A stretch of DNA of 64,000 bases, from NCBI GenBank assembly GCA_004431415.1, contig QPMI01000549.1, positions 124,001-188,000 on the forward strand. The letters are read 5' to 3'. The notes under the pieces were generated by a model that was not told the DNA's origin, made no database searches, and saw only the letters and a list, made by a program, of their open reading frames with translations. The stretch comes from Cyanophora paradoxa CCMP329 (taxonomy: Eukaryota; Plantae; Glaucophyta). Both the position numbers and the translations under genes were made by a program. Positions 49,480 to 60,402 of the stretch are shown here, piece by piece; positions within the stretch are counted from its first letter, which is position 1; each line of letters begins with the position of its first letter.

Positions 49480-50515
49480 TATAAGACTATAGGAGATCTG
49501 GACTAATATTTCGAAAGTTATTGTCGGGAAGTATGAAAATAAGACTATAGGAGATCTGGACTAACATATCAAAAGTTATTGTCGGGAAGTATAAAAATAA
49601 GACTATAGGAGATCTGGACTAACATTTCAAAAGTTACAGCGATATCGATTGTCGGGAAGTATAAAAATAAGACTATAGGAGATCTGGACAAATATTTCGA
49701 AAGTTATTGTCGGGAAGTATAAAAATAAGACTATAGGAGATCTGGACAAGTTATTGTCGGGAAGTATAAAAATAAGACTATAGGAGATCTGGACTAACAT
49801 TTCAAAAGTTATTGTCGGGAAGTATAAAAATAAGACTATAGGAGATCTGGACTAATACTTCAAAAGTTATAACAAATACTAGAAGTCTCATACCCCTATT
49901 TTTATACCTTCCGACAAACAAATACTAGAAGTCTCATACCCCTATTTTTATACAGCGATATCGATTGTCGGGAAGTATGAAAATAAGACTATAGGAGATC
50001 TGGACTAACATATCAAAAGTTATTGTCGGGAAGTATAAAATAAGACTATAGGAGATCTGGACTAACATTTCAAAAGTTACAGCGATATCGATTGTCGGGA
50101 AGTATAAAAATAAGACTATAGGAGATCTGGACAAATATTTCGAAAGTTATTGTCGGGAAGTATAAAAATAAGACTATAGGAGATCTGGACAAGTTATTGT
50201 CGGGAAGTATAAAAATAAGACTATAGGAGATCTGGACTAACATTTCAAAAGTTATTGTCGGAAGTATAAAAATAAGACTATAGGAGATCTGGACTAATAC
50301 TTCAAAAGTTATAACAAATACTAGAAGTCTCATACCCCTATTTTTATACCTTCCGACAAACAAATACTAGAAGTCTCATACCCCTATTTTTATACCTTCC
50401 GACAATCTACTTAAAAGTTACAGAAATCGATAGCGATTGTCGGGAAGTGTAAGAGCAAACGGCTGCGGTGGGAACTGGACAAACAAATACTAGAAGTCTC
50501 ATACCCCTATTTTTA
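49480..50515. repeat. Subterminal AT-rich tandem repeat array of the viral element
   Basis: 13 copies of AAGACTATAGGAGATCTGGAC in 46-70-bp units with TTGTCGGGAAGTATAAAA, 5 copies of ACAAATACTAGAAGTCTCATACCCCTATTTTTA, and a higher-order duplication of about 444 bp. Confidence 0.95.
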
Positions 50516-50654
50516 CAGCTCTCGCGGCCAACTTAAGTGATCAGCTTCAGCTGTAGCTGTGCAAGCCTTAAAGAAAACGCGATGATAGTTATCAATCAGA
50601 GATTGTGCGCGCTGAATTTCGAAAAAGTTTTCTGATTGTATCATTAATCGAAAC

Positions 50655-53600
50655 ATGAGCTCCCGAGCCGTAAGAGCTAGCCTTAGAACCGAAATCAACG
50701 AGCTTGCACAGAGGCTGTATGAGCGAGGCTACATTAATGCAACGTATAGGAACTCGCTACTGCGGCCTCTTTCAAACACCAGGACCCACACTGACACACT
50801 CCGATCCTCTCTAGCATCACTGCTCAGGCTGCAGGGGACAGAAAGGCCTCAGCGTCCGCTGTACGGGCGAGACGTTGCCGCTCATTTTGAGAGGGCGCAG
50901 GCTGCGCGAGCAGCAGCAACACAGGAGATTGATGAAGTTGCGGAAGCTATATCAGGGCTATTCCGCGAGCAGGCATCGGCCAACGTTAACGTAGTTCGCA
51001 CCTATACTCACCACGAGTATCCAGGGCTGCTTTTCACGAAGGACATTATAGAGATAGAGCCGACAGCTGATCCAGAGAGAGTGAAAGAATTGACGATAGC
51101 GTTTCTGAATGAGCTGCGAATCCCAGAGAGGATTGGAGCTGCTGTTTTAATTCGCTTTCATTTTGAGAATTTCCACATGTACCGCACGCAGCTTGCGACC
51201 ATAGAGGAGGGCACGATGCAGTCACTTCTAGCAAATCTCGCGGAGAAGATGGAGAGTTGGATGCTAGCGCAGCAGCCCTACGAGGACACTGATGTCTGGC
51301 CAGTCGTGCAGATCGAGGTGCTTATCGCAGAAAACGCAGCAGGGGCTCTGGGAAATGTACCTAAGCTGCCCTTTGGAGGGAAGGCTCTAACGATGAACAA
51401 GATCTACTGTCCGATCTCTCCAGAGGACAACTGCGTGCTTGAATGCTTTGAGCATGAGAAGCTCAATCCCGGTCGCCTGAACCTTGAGAGAGTATATAAG
51501 AAGCTTCAGCATGTTGATTACAGTTCAATTCGCACACAGCTGGGGCTTCCACGGGCCTAATTGTAGTCGATGAACCTACCATACGCAAGCTGAGCCAGCA
51601 CTATAGAATCGATGCAAGCATTTTCGAGTGGGTCTCGGACCGCAGCGCGTCGAAGTTCAAGCTCCTATTTTCAACTGAATTTGGCTTTGAACGCCGAGCC
51701 CACCTTTGCGTGGTCGATGCGCACTGCTTTCTAATTAAAGATAAGAGAACGTGCGAGATGCAGAAGTGCAGAGCCTGCGGAAAGATGCAGTATGATTTGG
51801 CGACTCACAAGGAAACCTGCCGCTTCTGCTATACCTGCCGCTGCGCCTACAATCCGAAGGAGGACCATGCAAGCAAATGCGATGAAGCAGTGAGGAACAA
51901 GAGCGTTATTGAACGCAAAATCAAGCCATGCGAGCCCGAGGAAGAGTTTACAGCCCTAAACTCAGTCATAGCGGCAGACTTTGAAACGTTTGCACCCAAC
52001 CGCACGACCCACGTTCCGTACGCAGTCGATATGGACATAATTAGCAAAGGAGAGATCACGGAAACGAAATCGTTCTGCGGCCCCGAAACTCTGGAACAGT
52101 TTATGCTCTGGCTTGACGACTGGAAAGAAAAGTCGACTCTAGTATTCTTCAATGGCAGCGGCTTCGACTTGATATTTATCTATAAGTGGCTTGTCCAGAA
52201 CCGCCCAGACTGCCAGGTCAAGGTGATGCGCTCATCCGGAAAGATCAAGAGCATGGAGTGGAAGACGCTGGCTGGGGAGAGTTTAAAAGCTTTGACCCCT
52301 GTTTGCACATACAGGGCTCACTGCGGCAGGCTGGGAAGGACTACGGGTGCACCACCTTGAAAGGGGATTTTGACCACCGAAAGATAAGAGCGTGGGATGA
52401 CGTTGAGATTCACAAGGAAGCCTGGAGCGAATATTTGAGAGCTGACGTTCGGTCGATGACTGAGCTGTATATTAAGTACGCTCGGACATGTTTTGATCTA
52501 TTTGGGATCAATGTGAATTCGAAGCGCACCTTGACAGCATCGGCGATGGCTTTTCAGATCCACAGGCAGCTGATGAAAACGGAAGTGCTGCTACCGAAAT
52601 ACAAGGAGGACCAGATTTTTCGCAAAGCGATTTACGGAGGGCGATGCCTACCATTCAAGCGGAAGTTTGTCTCGAAGGGTCCAGATGATTACTTGGTAGA
52701 TCTGGATGTGGTCTCTCTCTATCCGACGGCTATGTACTTTAATTACTTTCCCACTGGTAAATTCAAATGCATCACCGATCAAGCGGAGCTAGAGCGATTC
52801 CGCAAGTTTATGCTGAGCAGGAAAATGGAACAGCTGTTTGTTGCAAAGATTAGCGCTAAAATTCCTCAGGATCTTGTGCTCTCTCCCCTTCCCCGCCACG
52901 AAGCCAATCTGGGATGGTCTAACTTGAAGCCTATTGAGAAAGAAATGTACACCTCAGTCGATATCTACCGGGCAATAGCACTGGGAGTTGAGATCACAGA
53001 GCTGCACGAGGTGTACTTGTTTGAGGGCAAGGAACGAATGTTCAAAGATTACATTGAGAAGCTGTACTGCATGAAAGCACGCTCACGAAAGGGGACCGCC
53101 CAGTATGCTACGGCGAAGATCCTCTTGAATGGGCTCTATGGAAAATTTGCTCAGCGTCCAGTAATTGAGACAACCGAGCTGGTCTCAAACTACAGACGAT
53201 TCAAGGAGATACAGCGATCATCGACGATTACAGACATTGACATAGAGAATGATACGAGAATGTACGTCACATTTGAGATCCCTGAGTATAGGCGGGATGC
53301 CTGCGTTTCGAAGCCTTGCTTTGTTGGTGCATTTATCCTCTCCTACAGCCGCGAAATCATGGATCGATTTTTGGTGAGGATGAACTCATATAAGGACGTA
53401 GAGGCAATGCCATACTACACAGATACAGATTCTATGATCGTGCACAGGAGGTTTGCTGAGCTTCTGAAGGACTGCATGAAGCAGCCATATTCAGTTGAGG
53501 GAATGTCAGAGGAGGAAGGGAATAGAATGATCTGCGAGAGCGAGCTGGGGAAACTAGATTATGACATCCAAGGGAGAATTACTGAGGCTTACTTCATTGG

Positions 53601-54027
53601 CCCAAAGGTTTATTGCTGCTACTTTGTGAGGTCGAATGGGGAACCAGATCTGCATGTGCGGGCAAAGGGAATTCCGAAGAGCTGGATAGAGGAGAACTGG
53701 CTCCCGAGTGATCCAGTGGCAAAGAAGGAATCCCTTGATAACCGAATTGCTTTGGAGGCCTTCACAAGGATGCTAGAGGAACGTTATCAGCCGCAGTGCA
53801 CACTAGATTCTAAACTAGCGCGTGTTTTCAAGCCCAATGGAAAGCAACGCGATGCTGGGATCGACTTCAGCTCTATAATTCAGATTCCATTCAGCCGAAT
53901 ACTCAACAAAACGGAGTATACGAAACGAAAGATTATTCCTGACGAATATTACAGCACGGTTCCCCATGAATACGTTCGAGCAACAGGCGGCAGCCAAGAA
54001 GGCAACCTTGACTTTGTCGATCTCTGA
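50655..54027 (+). CDS. polB: Protein-primed family B DNA polymerase with long N-terminal extension; two -1 frameshifts in this sequence
   Basis: ExoI ADFET, ExoII FFNGSGFD, ExoIII YLRADV, IYGGRC, DVVSLYP, KILLNGLYGKF, YTDTDS, KVY, RAKGI. Three ORFs join across frameshifts at about 51550 and about 52275. A Cys/His cluster precedes the exonuclease. Confidence 0.93.
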
Positions 54028-55183
54028 TGCTTACTATGATCCTGAGACAGGGCTCCAGTCAGCTGCACGGATAGCTAAGAAGCTGAAGATGCCGCTGGCA
54101 AGGGTGCAGGCAGTGCTCGCGAAGCTGTCCACAGCTCAGCGCTTTGCAAAACCGGTGAAAGAGAAGCCGTACACCAGTATCACGTATAATCACCCAGAGA
54201 AGTATTATGAAGTGGATTTGATCGATGTCAGTCCCTATGCTAGAAGCAACCGCGGAGTGCACTTCATCATGAACGCTGTGGATGTTGTAACCCGGAAAGC
54301 GTACAGCATCCCAATGAAAAATAAAAGCGAGGGGACCCTGCTTTCGACACTGCGGCAGCTCATAGCAAGCTTTCCGGTGAAGCCCGATATCATTCAGACG
54401 GATCAGGAATTCAAGGCTACAGCTGCAACTATGCTAGCAGCCGAGGGGATAAAGCACAATGCTGTCGAGGCGCATCGTCCGCAGGCAAATGGAAAGGTAG
54501 AGCGCTTTAATGGTACTCTGAAGCGGATCATTGCAAGATACATGGAGGCGTACGACACCGACCGATATATCGATAAGCTGCCATCCTTTCTGCGCAACTA
54601 TAACAGCTCCGAGCATAGAGCTATTAAAACTACGCCTGATGAGGCAGCAAAGAACCCAGCACCTGTTATTGCAAGAAACGATTATCAGAGAGAGGCGTAC
54701 GAGCAGCAGCACTATCTGAAAGAGGCCGAGTTCAAGGTAGGAGACTCTGTGCGCGTAAAGCTGGCGAGGAACACGTTTGATAAATCAACGAAGCCGACGT
54801 ACTCAAAAGAAGTCTATCAGATTGAAGCTATAGGAGGATTTGGCCCTCTGCTCAAGTTCAAGCTTGCTGGATACGACAAGGAGGTGAGCTACCAGCAGCT
54901 GCTGAAAGTGCCAGCAGAGACAGAGCAGCGGCGGGCTGGAAGTGCTGCACAGAATGCCCTTCGCCGTCGAAAGCAGGAGCTGAATTTGATGCAAGAGAAT
55001 CTGGACAAGTCAGACATCGAAAAAAATAAGAGACTTCTCCGGGTTCAAAAGCAGCTGCTTACTGCTGGAACCAAGGCGTTAAATCCAGGAGGTTCGACAG
55101 CTCGGTGGTACACGTCTTTTGAAAATGCGAAGGCCTCTTATTCTGCGCCCAGCAACACGAGGACACTTAGACCGAGACGCTGA
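53966..55183 (+). CDS. Retroviral-like (rve, DDE) integrase, Polinton type
   Basis: YYDPETG, EVDLID, IQTDQEF, NGKVERFNGTLK, YNSSEHRAIKTTP, FKVGDSVRV..FDKSTKPTYSKEVYQI. Confidence 0.95.
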   Translation: MNTFEQQAAAKKATLTLSISDAYYDPETGLQSAARIAKKLKMPLARVQAVLAKLSTAQRFAKPVKEKPYTSITYNHPEKYYEVDLIDVSPYARSNRGVHFIMNAVDVVTRKAYSIPMKNKSEGTLLSTLRQLIASFPVKPDIIQTDQEFKATAATMLAAEGIKHNAVEAHRPQANGKVERFNGTLKRIIARYMEAYDTDRYIDKLPSFLRNYNSSEHRAIKTTPDEAAKNPAPVIARNDYQREAYEQQHYLKEAEFKVGDSVRVKLARNTFDKSTKPTYSKEVYQIEAIGGFGPLLKFKLAGYDKEVSYQQLLKVPAETEQRRAGSAAQNALRRRKQELNLMQENLDKSDIEKNKRLLRVQKQLLTAGTKALNPGGSTARWYTSFENAKASYSAPSNTRTLRPRR

Positions 55184-55445
55184 TTCCAGCGGAAGCTAGG
55201 GCACTCTCAAGTACAGAGATTCGATTTATCAACCGAGTGCGATAGCGCTTGTTTGCCTCGTTGTGAGCATCTTTGTGCGAAGCCTGATATCTGCTGCTCT
55301 GCTCAATGTGTCTCTGGCGATATGCAGGGTCCTCGCTGTATTTTCTGCGGTGGTACTCTGCTTTCTTCTCCCTTCTTGCTTGAATAATCTCTGGCGTAAG
55401 AGCAATCGGTTTGCGCCCTGGTTTGCGACGCTGCGCTGACTCCAT
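55167..55445 (-). CDS. Small basic, probably DNA-binding viral protein
   Basis: RRKPGRKP (AT-hook-like) plus a basic helix REKKAEYHRRKY; AT-rich upstream region. Confidence 0.6.
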   Translation of the reverse strand: MESAQRRKPGRKPIALTPEIIQARREKKAEYHRRKYSEDPAYRQRHIEQSSRYQASHKDAHNEANKRYRTRLINRISVLESALASAGISVSV

Positions 55446-55532
55446 TTCCCTCTTTCATTTAAGGATCTAAATTATTTAAGCGGTATAAATCGCGCTAGAA
55501 TCACGAGATTTATTTCTATCTTTTAAAGCATC

Positions 55533-55868
55533 ATGGAATCGCCGCTGCGCCTGACAATACTGAGAATTGGGAAATACAAAGGGCATACACACCTTGAAGT
55601 TGCTTTCAGAGATCCATCATATGCTCACTGGTTGTGTCGATGGGCCAGGCTAAGTGATTATGATCGCGCTCAGTTTGTCAAGGCATCTAAGCTAATCCGA
55701 GAGACAAAACCAGACATTATGTGGGGATTGTACAAAAAAGAAAGAGCTGCTAGGATTGCTCAGGCTGCAGCCCAAAATTCTACGCAGCCACAAAATGTGG
55801 AGTTATCACCAGCAGATGACCTTGATCTGGACTTATCGATATCAGAGGCGGATGGGCCGGGCTTTTGA
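55533..55868 (+). CDS. Small protein with GKYKG...DPSY..W motif (exonuclease X C-terminal/DUF3820-like)
   Basis: IGKYKGHTHLEVAFRDPSYAHWL. Confidence 0.65.
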   Translation: MESPLRLTILRIGKYKGHTHLEVAFRDPSYAHWLCRWARLSDYDRAQFVKASKLIRETKPDIMWGLYKKERAARIAQAAAQNSTQPQNVELSPADDLDLDLSISEADGPGF

Positions 55869-55918
55869 ACTCTGAACTAGGCTTAAAGAGATCGCAATCT
55901 CAGATTGTAAAGAAAGAC

Positions 55919-56488
55919 ATGGAAGTCACAATTCCAGAGGTTCCTGAAGGCGCTGTAGCAATCCCGCTTGGTGGAATTCGCAATCGCCGCAAAGTCATCA
56001 TTGCTTATGCTCTTGTTTCACAGGAAGATGCTGATCGTGTGCTTGGATTTCGCTGGAGTTTAGATAATGGATACGCCAAAACCATCATCAATGGTAAGAA
56101 GGTAAGAATGCATAATTTCATCAGTGGCGAGTTGGAGAATGGTTTAACTGTTGATCATATAAATCTGAACAAACTTGATAATAGACGCGAAAATTTTCGA
56201 CTGGCAACAAAGCGGCAGCAGACTCTAAACCAGAATCGGCGGGTCACAAACACCAGCGGTTTCATTGGTGTTTCATTCAATCAGCAGCTTGGTAAATGGA
56301 AAGCATACTATCAGATAAACGGACATCGGAAACACATCGGCTACTATACTACTGCTGAAGCTGCTGCTAAAGCCAGAGACACCTATGCCCTTCATCATAC
56401 GTCCGCCGAGGATAAGCCATTTCTGCATCTGAATTTTACAACCGAATCCTCTGGCCACCCATCGCATTCTTCATCTGCGACCCAGTAA
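55919..56488 (+). CDS. HNH endonuclease with C-terminal AP2 DNA-binding domain (copy 1)
   Basis: MHNFI..TVDHINLNKLDNRRENFR; NTSGFIGVSF..KWKAYYQINGHRKHIGYYTTAEAAAKARD. Confidence 0.92.
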   Translation: MEVTIPEVPEGAVAIPLGGIRNRRKVIIAYALVSQEDADRVLGFRWSLDNGYAKTIINGKKVRMHNFISGELENGLTVDHINLNKLDNRRENFRLATKRQQTLNQNRRVTNTSGFIGVSFNQQLGKWKAYYQINGHRKHIGYYTTAEAAAKARDTYALHHTSAEDKPFLHLNFTTESSGHPSHSSSATQ

Positions 56489-57068
56489 CATTTGGCTCGA
56501 AAACATTTGGAGTTGCAGGTTTTACTTCGGCAGAGTCAAGCGATTGCTCGGCTTTAGCTTTTTCGTTTTTCAGATACCGCAAATCCGGCACGTCCATGGG
56601 TCTGTGCTTAAACATCTCGCTTCGCAACATCTCGCGGATCTTAGCTCTTTCTTGCTTATCTTTTACATATGATTCGATATTAGCCGACCTCGCTTCTAGA
56701 TCACGCAATTTGGCAGCCAACTCGTCAATCTGACTTTTTGACACTGTTGCTGTCTTGATTTTCGGCCCTGAATAACGTGGTTCAGACGCCATGGCTTGGA
56801 TAATTCTAGCAGCATCATCATCAATATCGTACTGCATTTCAGATACAGTTTTGACCTGGCTTTGTCGGTCGTCAACCGCACTGGCATTAGCTGCTGCCGA
56901 GGCGATCGTTTTAGCAACGGGTGCATTAAGACGTGGGTCACTAGCTAGTTCACCGCTAGGAGCAGCAACAGCTGCGCCCTCTGTCGCACCACTTTCGATG
57001 AGAGGGGCGTTTGGCTCTGGGAGCACCCTTCGTTCACGAAAACCCTTTCTTGGAATCCCACGTGGCAT
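56436..57068 (-). CDS. Hypothetical viral protein (210 aa)
   Basis: Intact ORF (MPRGIPRKG...) directly downstream of the ATPase in the structural module. Confidence 0.6.
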   Translation of the reverse strand: MPRGIPRKGFRERRVLPEPNAPLIESGATEGAAVAAPSGELASDPRLNAPVAKTIASAAANASAVDDRQSQVKTVSEMQYDIDDDAARIIQAMASEPRYSGPKIKTATVSKSQIDELAAKLRDLEARSANIESYVKDKQERAKIREMLRSEMFKHRPMDVPDLRYLKNEKAKAEQSLDSAEVKPATPNVFEPNVTGSQMKNAMGGQRIRL

Positions 57069-57077
57069 CTTCTGTTC

Positions 57078-57838
57078 TTATGCTAAGATTTTAAAACGCT
57101 TCTTTTTAGAGATAACAGGCGAAGACTCTTCTTTTTTAGACTCTTCTTCTTGTCTTAGCCCGAAGGGCAAGGAGCCCTCCTTGGGCGACGCCCATTTAGA
57201 GAAACGAAAACTCTTATCTTCAACAGCTTTATCAACATACCAGGCAGTATCATACTTCGTTCCATCAAGGACTAGGCACTGATAATCATGCGCCCAAGTC
57301 TCGAACAAAGCAATAAACTCATCTTTCGGGAGATGACTAAATTCTCTATAAATTGCCTCGAGCTCGGTATGATTAGAGTAACTGAAGAAAAAACAATAGT
57401 CGGAGTTCGATCTTATAGATTGACTCAATGCTGTAAGCTTTGGGTCATAAGAATCGTACTGATATTAAAATGACGACCTTGTGTAAAAAGTCGATTAACG
57501 GTCTTGCTATTTCGCAGATCAACAGTTTCAGAGGCAGCAACGAGATCATCCAATACAAGCAATATCTGCGGCGCTTTCTTTTTGTTTTCAATCAAATTTC
57601 GCTGTGAATCAATGATTTCTGCAACGATAGATGGCTGAAAATCGTCGTAAAGCTCTTTAGTTATTGCAGAGTATTCACCATTGAATTTGGTGGCCGTAAA
57701 CACTACGACGCGATTGATCTTTGGATAAAGCAGTCGAAGCAAATGCTTTGTGCAATAGAAAGACTTCCCACTATTAGACTTTGAAATGAATAGGGCTTTG
57801 AATGGAACCCTCATATCGCTAGGCTGGAACTGATCCAT
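57078..57838 (-). CDS. FtsK/HerA-family (A32-like) DNA packaging ATPase; one frameshift
   Basis: Walker A ISKSNSGKS, Walker B LLVLDD, GRHFNIS, TQ, IRSNSDY. Frameshift at about 57436. Confidence 0.92.
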
Positions 57839-57900
57839 CAAAAAATAGTCGGCAGACAAGCTGCCTCGGCTGCGCCCAACTACCGAGATTAGCAGATTCT

Positions 57901-59288
57901 CTAGAGGTTAACTTTGCGAAGACCCGCAGCATCAACAATTAGGACAGTGTGCAGGAGAGCGCGAATTTGGACGTAAATCTTGTTGTTAGCATCATACGCA
58001 GCAGGGTTCATGATATTCAGGAAGCAGCTGCTCGAGTTCGTCAGATCTACGAAACCAGTTTGAGCAGCATTTCGGATCGATTTATCCCCACTAATGCAAA
58101 ATGGCAAACCAGTCAGAACATATCGATTAAGAGGCGCGTCGAGATTTGAGCACTTGAAGACATCAGCGATGAGTTCAGCACCTTGCAATAGAGGAACAGG
58201 CTCGTTTGAATAAAGCCGCTGGCCATTCAATTCGCAGGAAATAGTGATATCACGAGTATTCGCCTCGGTTTTGAGGACACTGTGTTTTCCGTCAGTTTGG
58301 TTCATGTTTGGCTGTTTGCGAATGCTAACGAACAGACCGTAGCAAAGTCCACTGATTTGAGACAGATTAATCCGGGTGGGCGCTCCCGCACCAGCATATG
58401 TAATTGAATCAGCATCAACCCAGCCGACATCGGTAGCGGGAATGGCAATCCCCGAAGATTTGACTTTCTCAATCACCTGGGCAAAAGTGGCCTCATCAAC
58501 ATTGATGCAGTGAGCTATAATCTTCGGATTCGAAAGCTCGGGTTTTTCAGGAGTGACAGTGAGGACATTGGGAGTTATATTCTGGCCGATGTTTGCAGGG
58601 GATGCAGCAGCGGCTCCCACGCTCCCGAGTCCATCTTCTTTAGTCGCATCACCGCCTATGGCATATTCCGTTACAAACCTACCACCATAGCTGGTCTCAA
58701 CAAAGCCCTGGGCACGATCACGGAACCAAACCTCGACAGACACCTCGCCAGAAAGAGCACCAATTGGGAGCACAGAACCCTCCCATGGACAGGGATTTTT
58801 ACACTGAAAATACCTCCAGTGCGATTTGTCCCCTGAGGTGGTGTTCCATGTAGCCAGCCACCTGACCGGTATTTCTTTTTGAGCTGAGCATCATCATTGA
58901 AAATCAGAGCGCTGTGAACAAGCCAGTCCTCAGGGACGATGTAGCTGTAGGAAGCATATTTGATTTCAATTCGCTTTACAAGAGCACCAACAGACCGCAG
59001 ATAACCAGTGCGAACCAGGTCAGTGTCACCAGTAAAAGCGGTCAGCTCGGGCAGGGTAAACTGGAGTTCAAGCCCCTGAAGGAAATTGTAACGGGGTAGG
59101 AAATAAGTAACCCTCTTTCCGAAGCAGTCTCCATAGTCATTGCTAGGGTTGACAACGACACGCACAGGCTTTGTTTGGCTGGTTAGACCTAACATAAGCT
59201 CGTTATTCATAAAGAAATCCTTAGCTTCCTGCGGAGTTGTGAGCAGCTCCTTTAGACCAAGACGTTGCAAGTTCTGGGTAACATCCAT
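57901..59288 (-). CDS. Double-jelly-roll major capsid protein; one frameshift
   Basis: VTYFLPRYNFLQGLELQFTLP, GALVKRIEIK, IPV(P)WEGSVLPIGAL..VSVEVWF, ITISCELNGQ, TGFVDLT. About 460 aa when joined at about 58787; adjacent to the ATPase. Confidence 0.8.
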
Positions 59289-59360
59289 TGAAGTGTTTAT
59301 AATTCAAACGGAAGAAAATAATTCAGCGCTTAGCCGCCGGCGAGCCAGCTTGGCGCAGCG

Positions 59361-59412
59361 GTCGCTGTGCGGAGCACAAGTGGCTCCTTGCCTTCGGCTT
59401 GTCTGCGACTCT
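59361..59412. repeat. 52-bp perfect inverted repeat of 63949-64000; hairpin-rich dispersed viral element
   Basis: GTCGCTGTGCGGAGCACAAGTGGCTCCTTGCCTTCGGCTTGTCTGCGACTCT is the exact reverse complement of the last 52 nt of the window. Confidence 0.95.
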
Positions 59413-59418
59413 GGCGAC

Positions 59419-60375
59419 TCAGTTTGACGAATTGATCCAAGGATATGTCTTTGACCTTTTCTGGAGCTGAAGCTTGGCGAGCTCGTAGACAACATCGCCA
59501 TTGGGTTCATCTGGGCCATAACGAATTTCGAGTATAAATGAGACAGGACCTCCATTTAAATCAGCAATTCGCTGCATAAAATCGTAAATCTCAATAGTCA
59601 CAGAGTAGAGGTCCAGCTTTGAATAAATATACTTGTACAAAGGATGTGCTTCAGTTGAATCATAGTATGCTATCTCGCCTGGACGAAGGACGCTTGGAAT
59701 GCTCAGCTTCGAGAAGAAGCCAGGTATTGACGTGTTCGGCATACTGACAAGGTCACCAATTTCAGGAATTCGTAGGAGCACATGATCATCAGGAGTGACA
59801 TCAGGCTCATAAGCGCCTGCTATATATTCAGTATTTATAGATAATGTCTTTGACCGAATCGGTAGAATTGATCTCAGCCCTAGAAGCTTTGCAGTTCGCT
59901 GAGCCCTTGCAACGGCCTGGTAGTTTCTGACTTCCCGCCCACCCTGGTTCGTTGGCAACATCAGAGCAATAAAGAACTCGAAGTTAGCTGTGAACCCTAT
60001 TAATTTGATCGCTGAATTATACGTGCACGTGATACCTGTTCCCGTCAACCTTTCGTTTATCTCTGTCACAAGCGAGGTGACGTCGTAATTTCCAGGTGGA
60101 ATTGCAATGTTATTCCACGCTCCAAATCCGGCCTGAGGTGGGTCGGGTCCTTCATTAGTGGGATCATATTTGCACCAATATATATAGGTGTTAAAGACTA
60201 AATCCTCTGCCGGATCGAGTACATCGATTGTGCTCATAGTGTTGGGGATCTCAGCTGATACCAAGCGCACGGCTTTCACATCCTGATAAACTTTAGGCAG
60301 TCTTACTTTAAATTTCGAGGTGGATGTCAGCTCCTCCGCTTGGTGACTTGCAATGCAGACGTAGTCCGTAGGCAT
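59419..60375 (-). CDS. Minor capsid (penton-like) protein 1
   Basis: FKVRLPKVYQDVKAVRLVSAEIPNT, IPPGNY, SVTIEIYD..DLNGGPVSFILEI. Confidence 0.8.
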   Translation of the reverse strand: MPTDYVCIASHQAEELTSTSKFKVRLPKVYQDVKAVRLVSAEIPNTMSTIDVLDPAEDLVFNTYIYWCKYDPTNEGPDPPQAGFGAWNNIAIPPGNYDVTSLVTEINERLTGTGITCTYNSAIKLIGFTANFEFFIALMLPTNQGGREVRNYQAVARAQRTAKLLGLRSILPIRSKTLSINTEYIAGAYEPDVTPDDHVLLRIPEIGDLVSMPNTSIPGFFSKLSIPSVLRPGEIAYYDSTEAHPLYKYIYSKLDLYSVTIEIYDFMQRIADLNGGPVSFILEIRYGPDEPNGDVVYELAKLQLQKRSKTYPWINSSN

Positions 60376-60402
60376 CTTTTTTATATCAGTTAGAGAATAA
60401 AA

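Noticed and set aside
48840-49480. LTR retrotransposon (TG start plus rve integrase)
   Set aside because: No gag, protease or reverse transcriptase; the integrase is Polinton-type and linked to pPolB and capsid genes.
49480-50515. CRISPR-like array
   Set aside because: Inter-repeat sequences are themselves repeated variants, not unique spacers, and there are no cas genes.
59304-59555. 83-aa ORF overlapping the penton 1 end
   Set aside because: Out of frame with the penton and runs through the intergenic hairpin repeat; probably not a gene.
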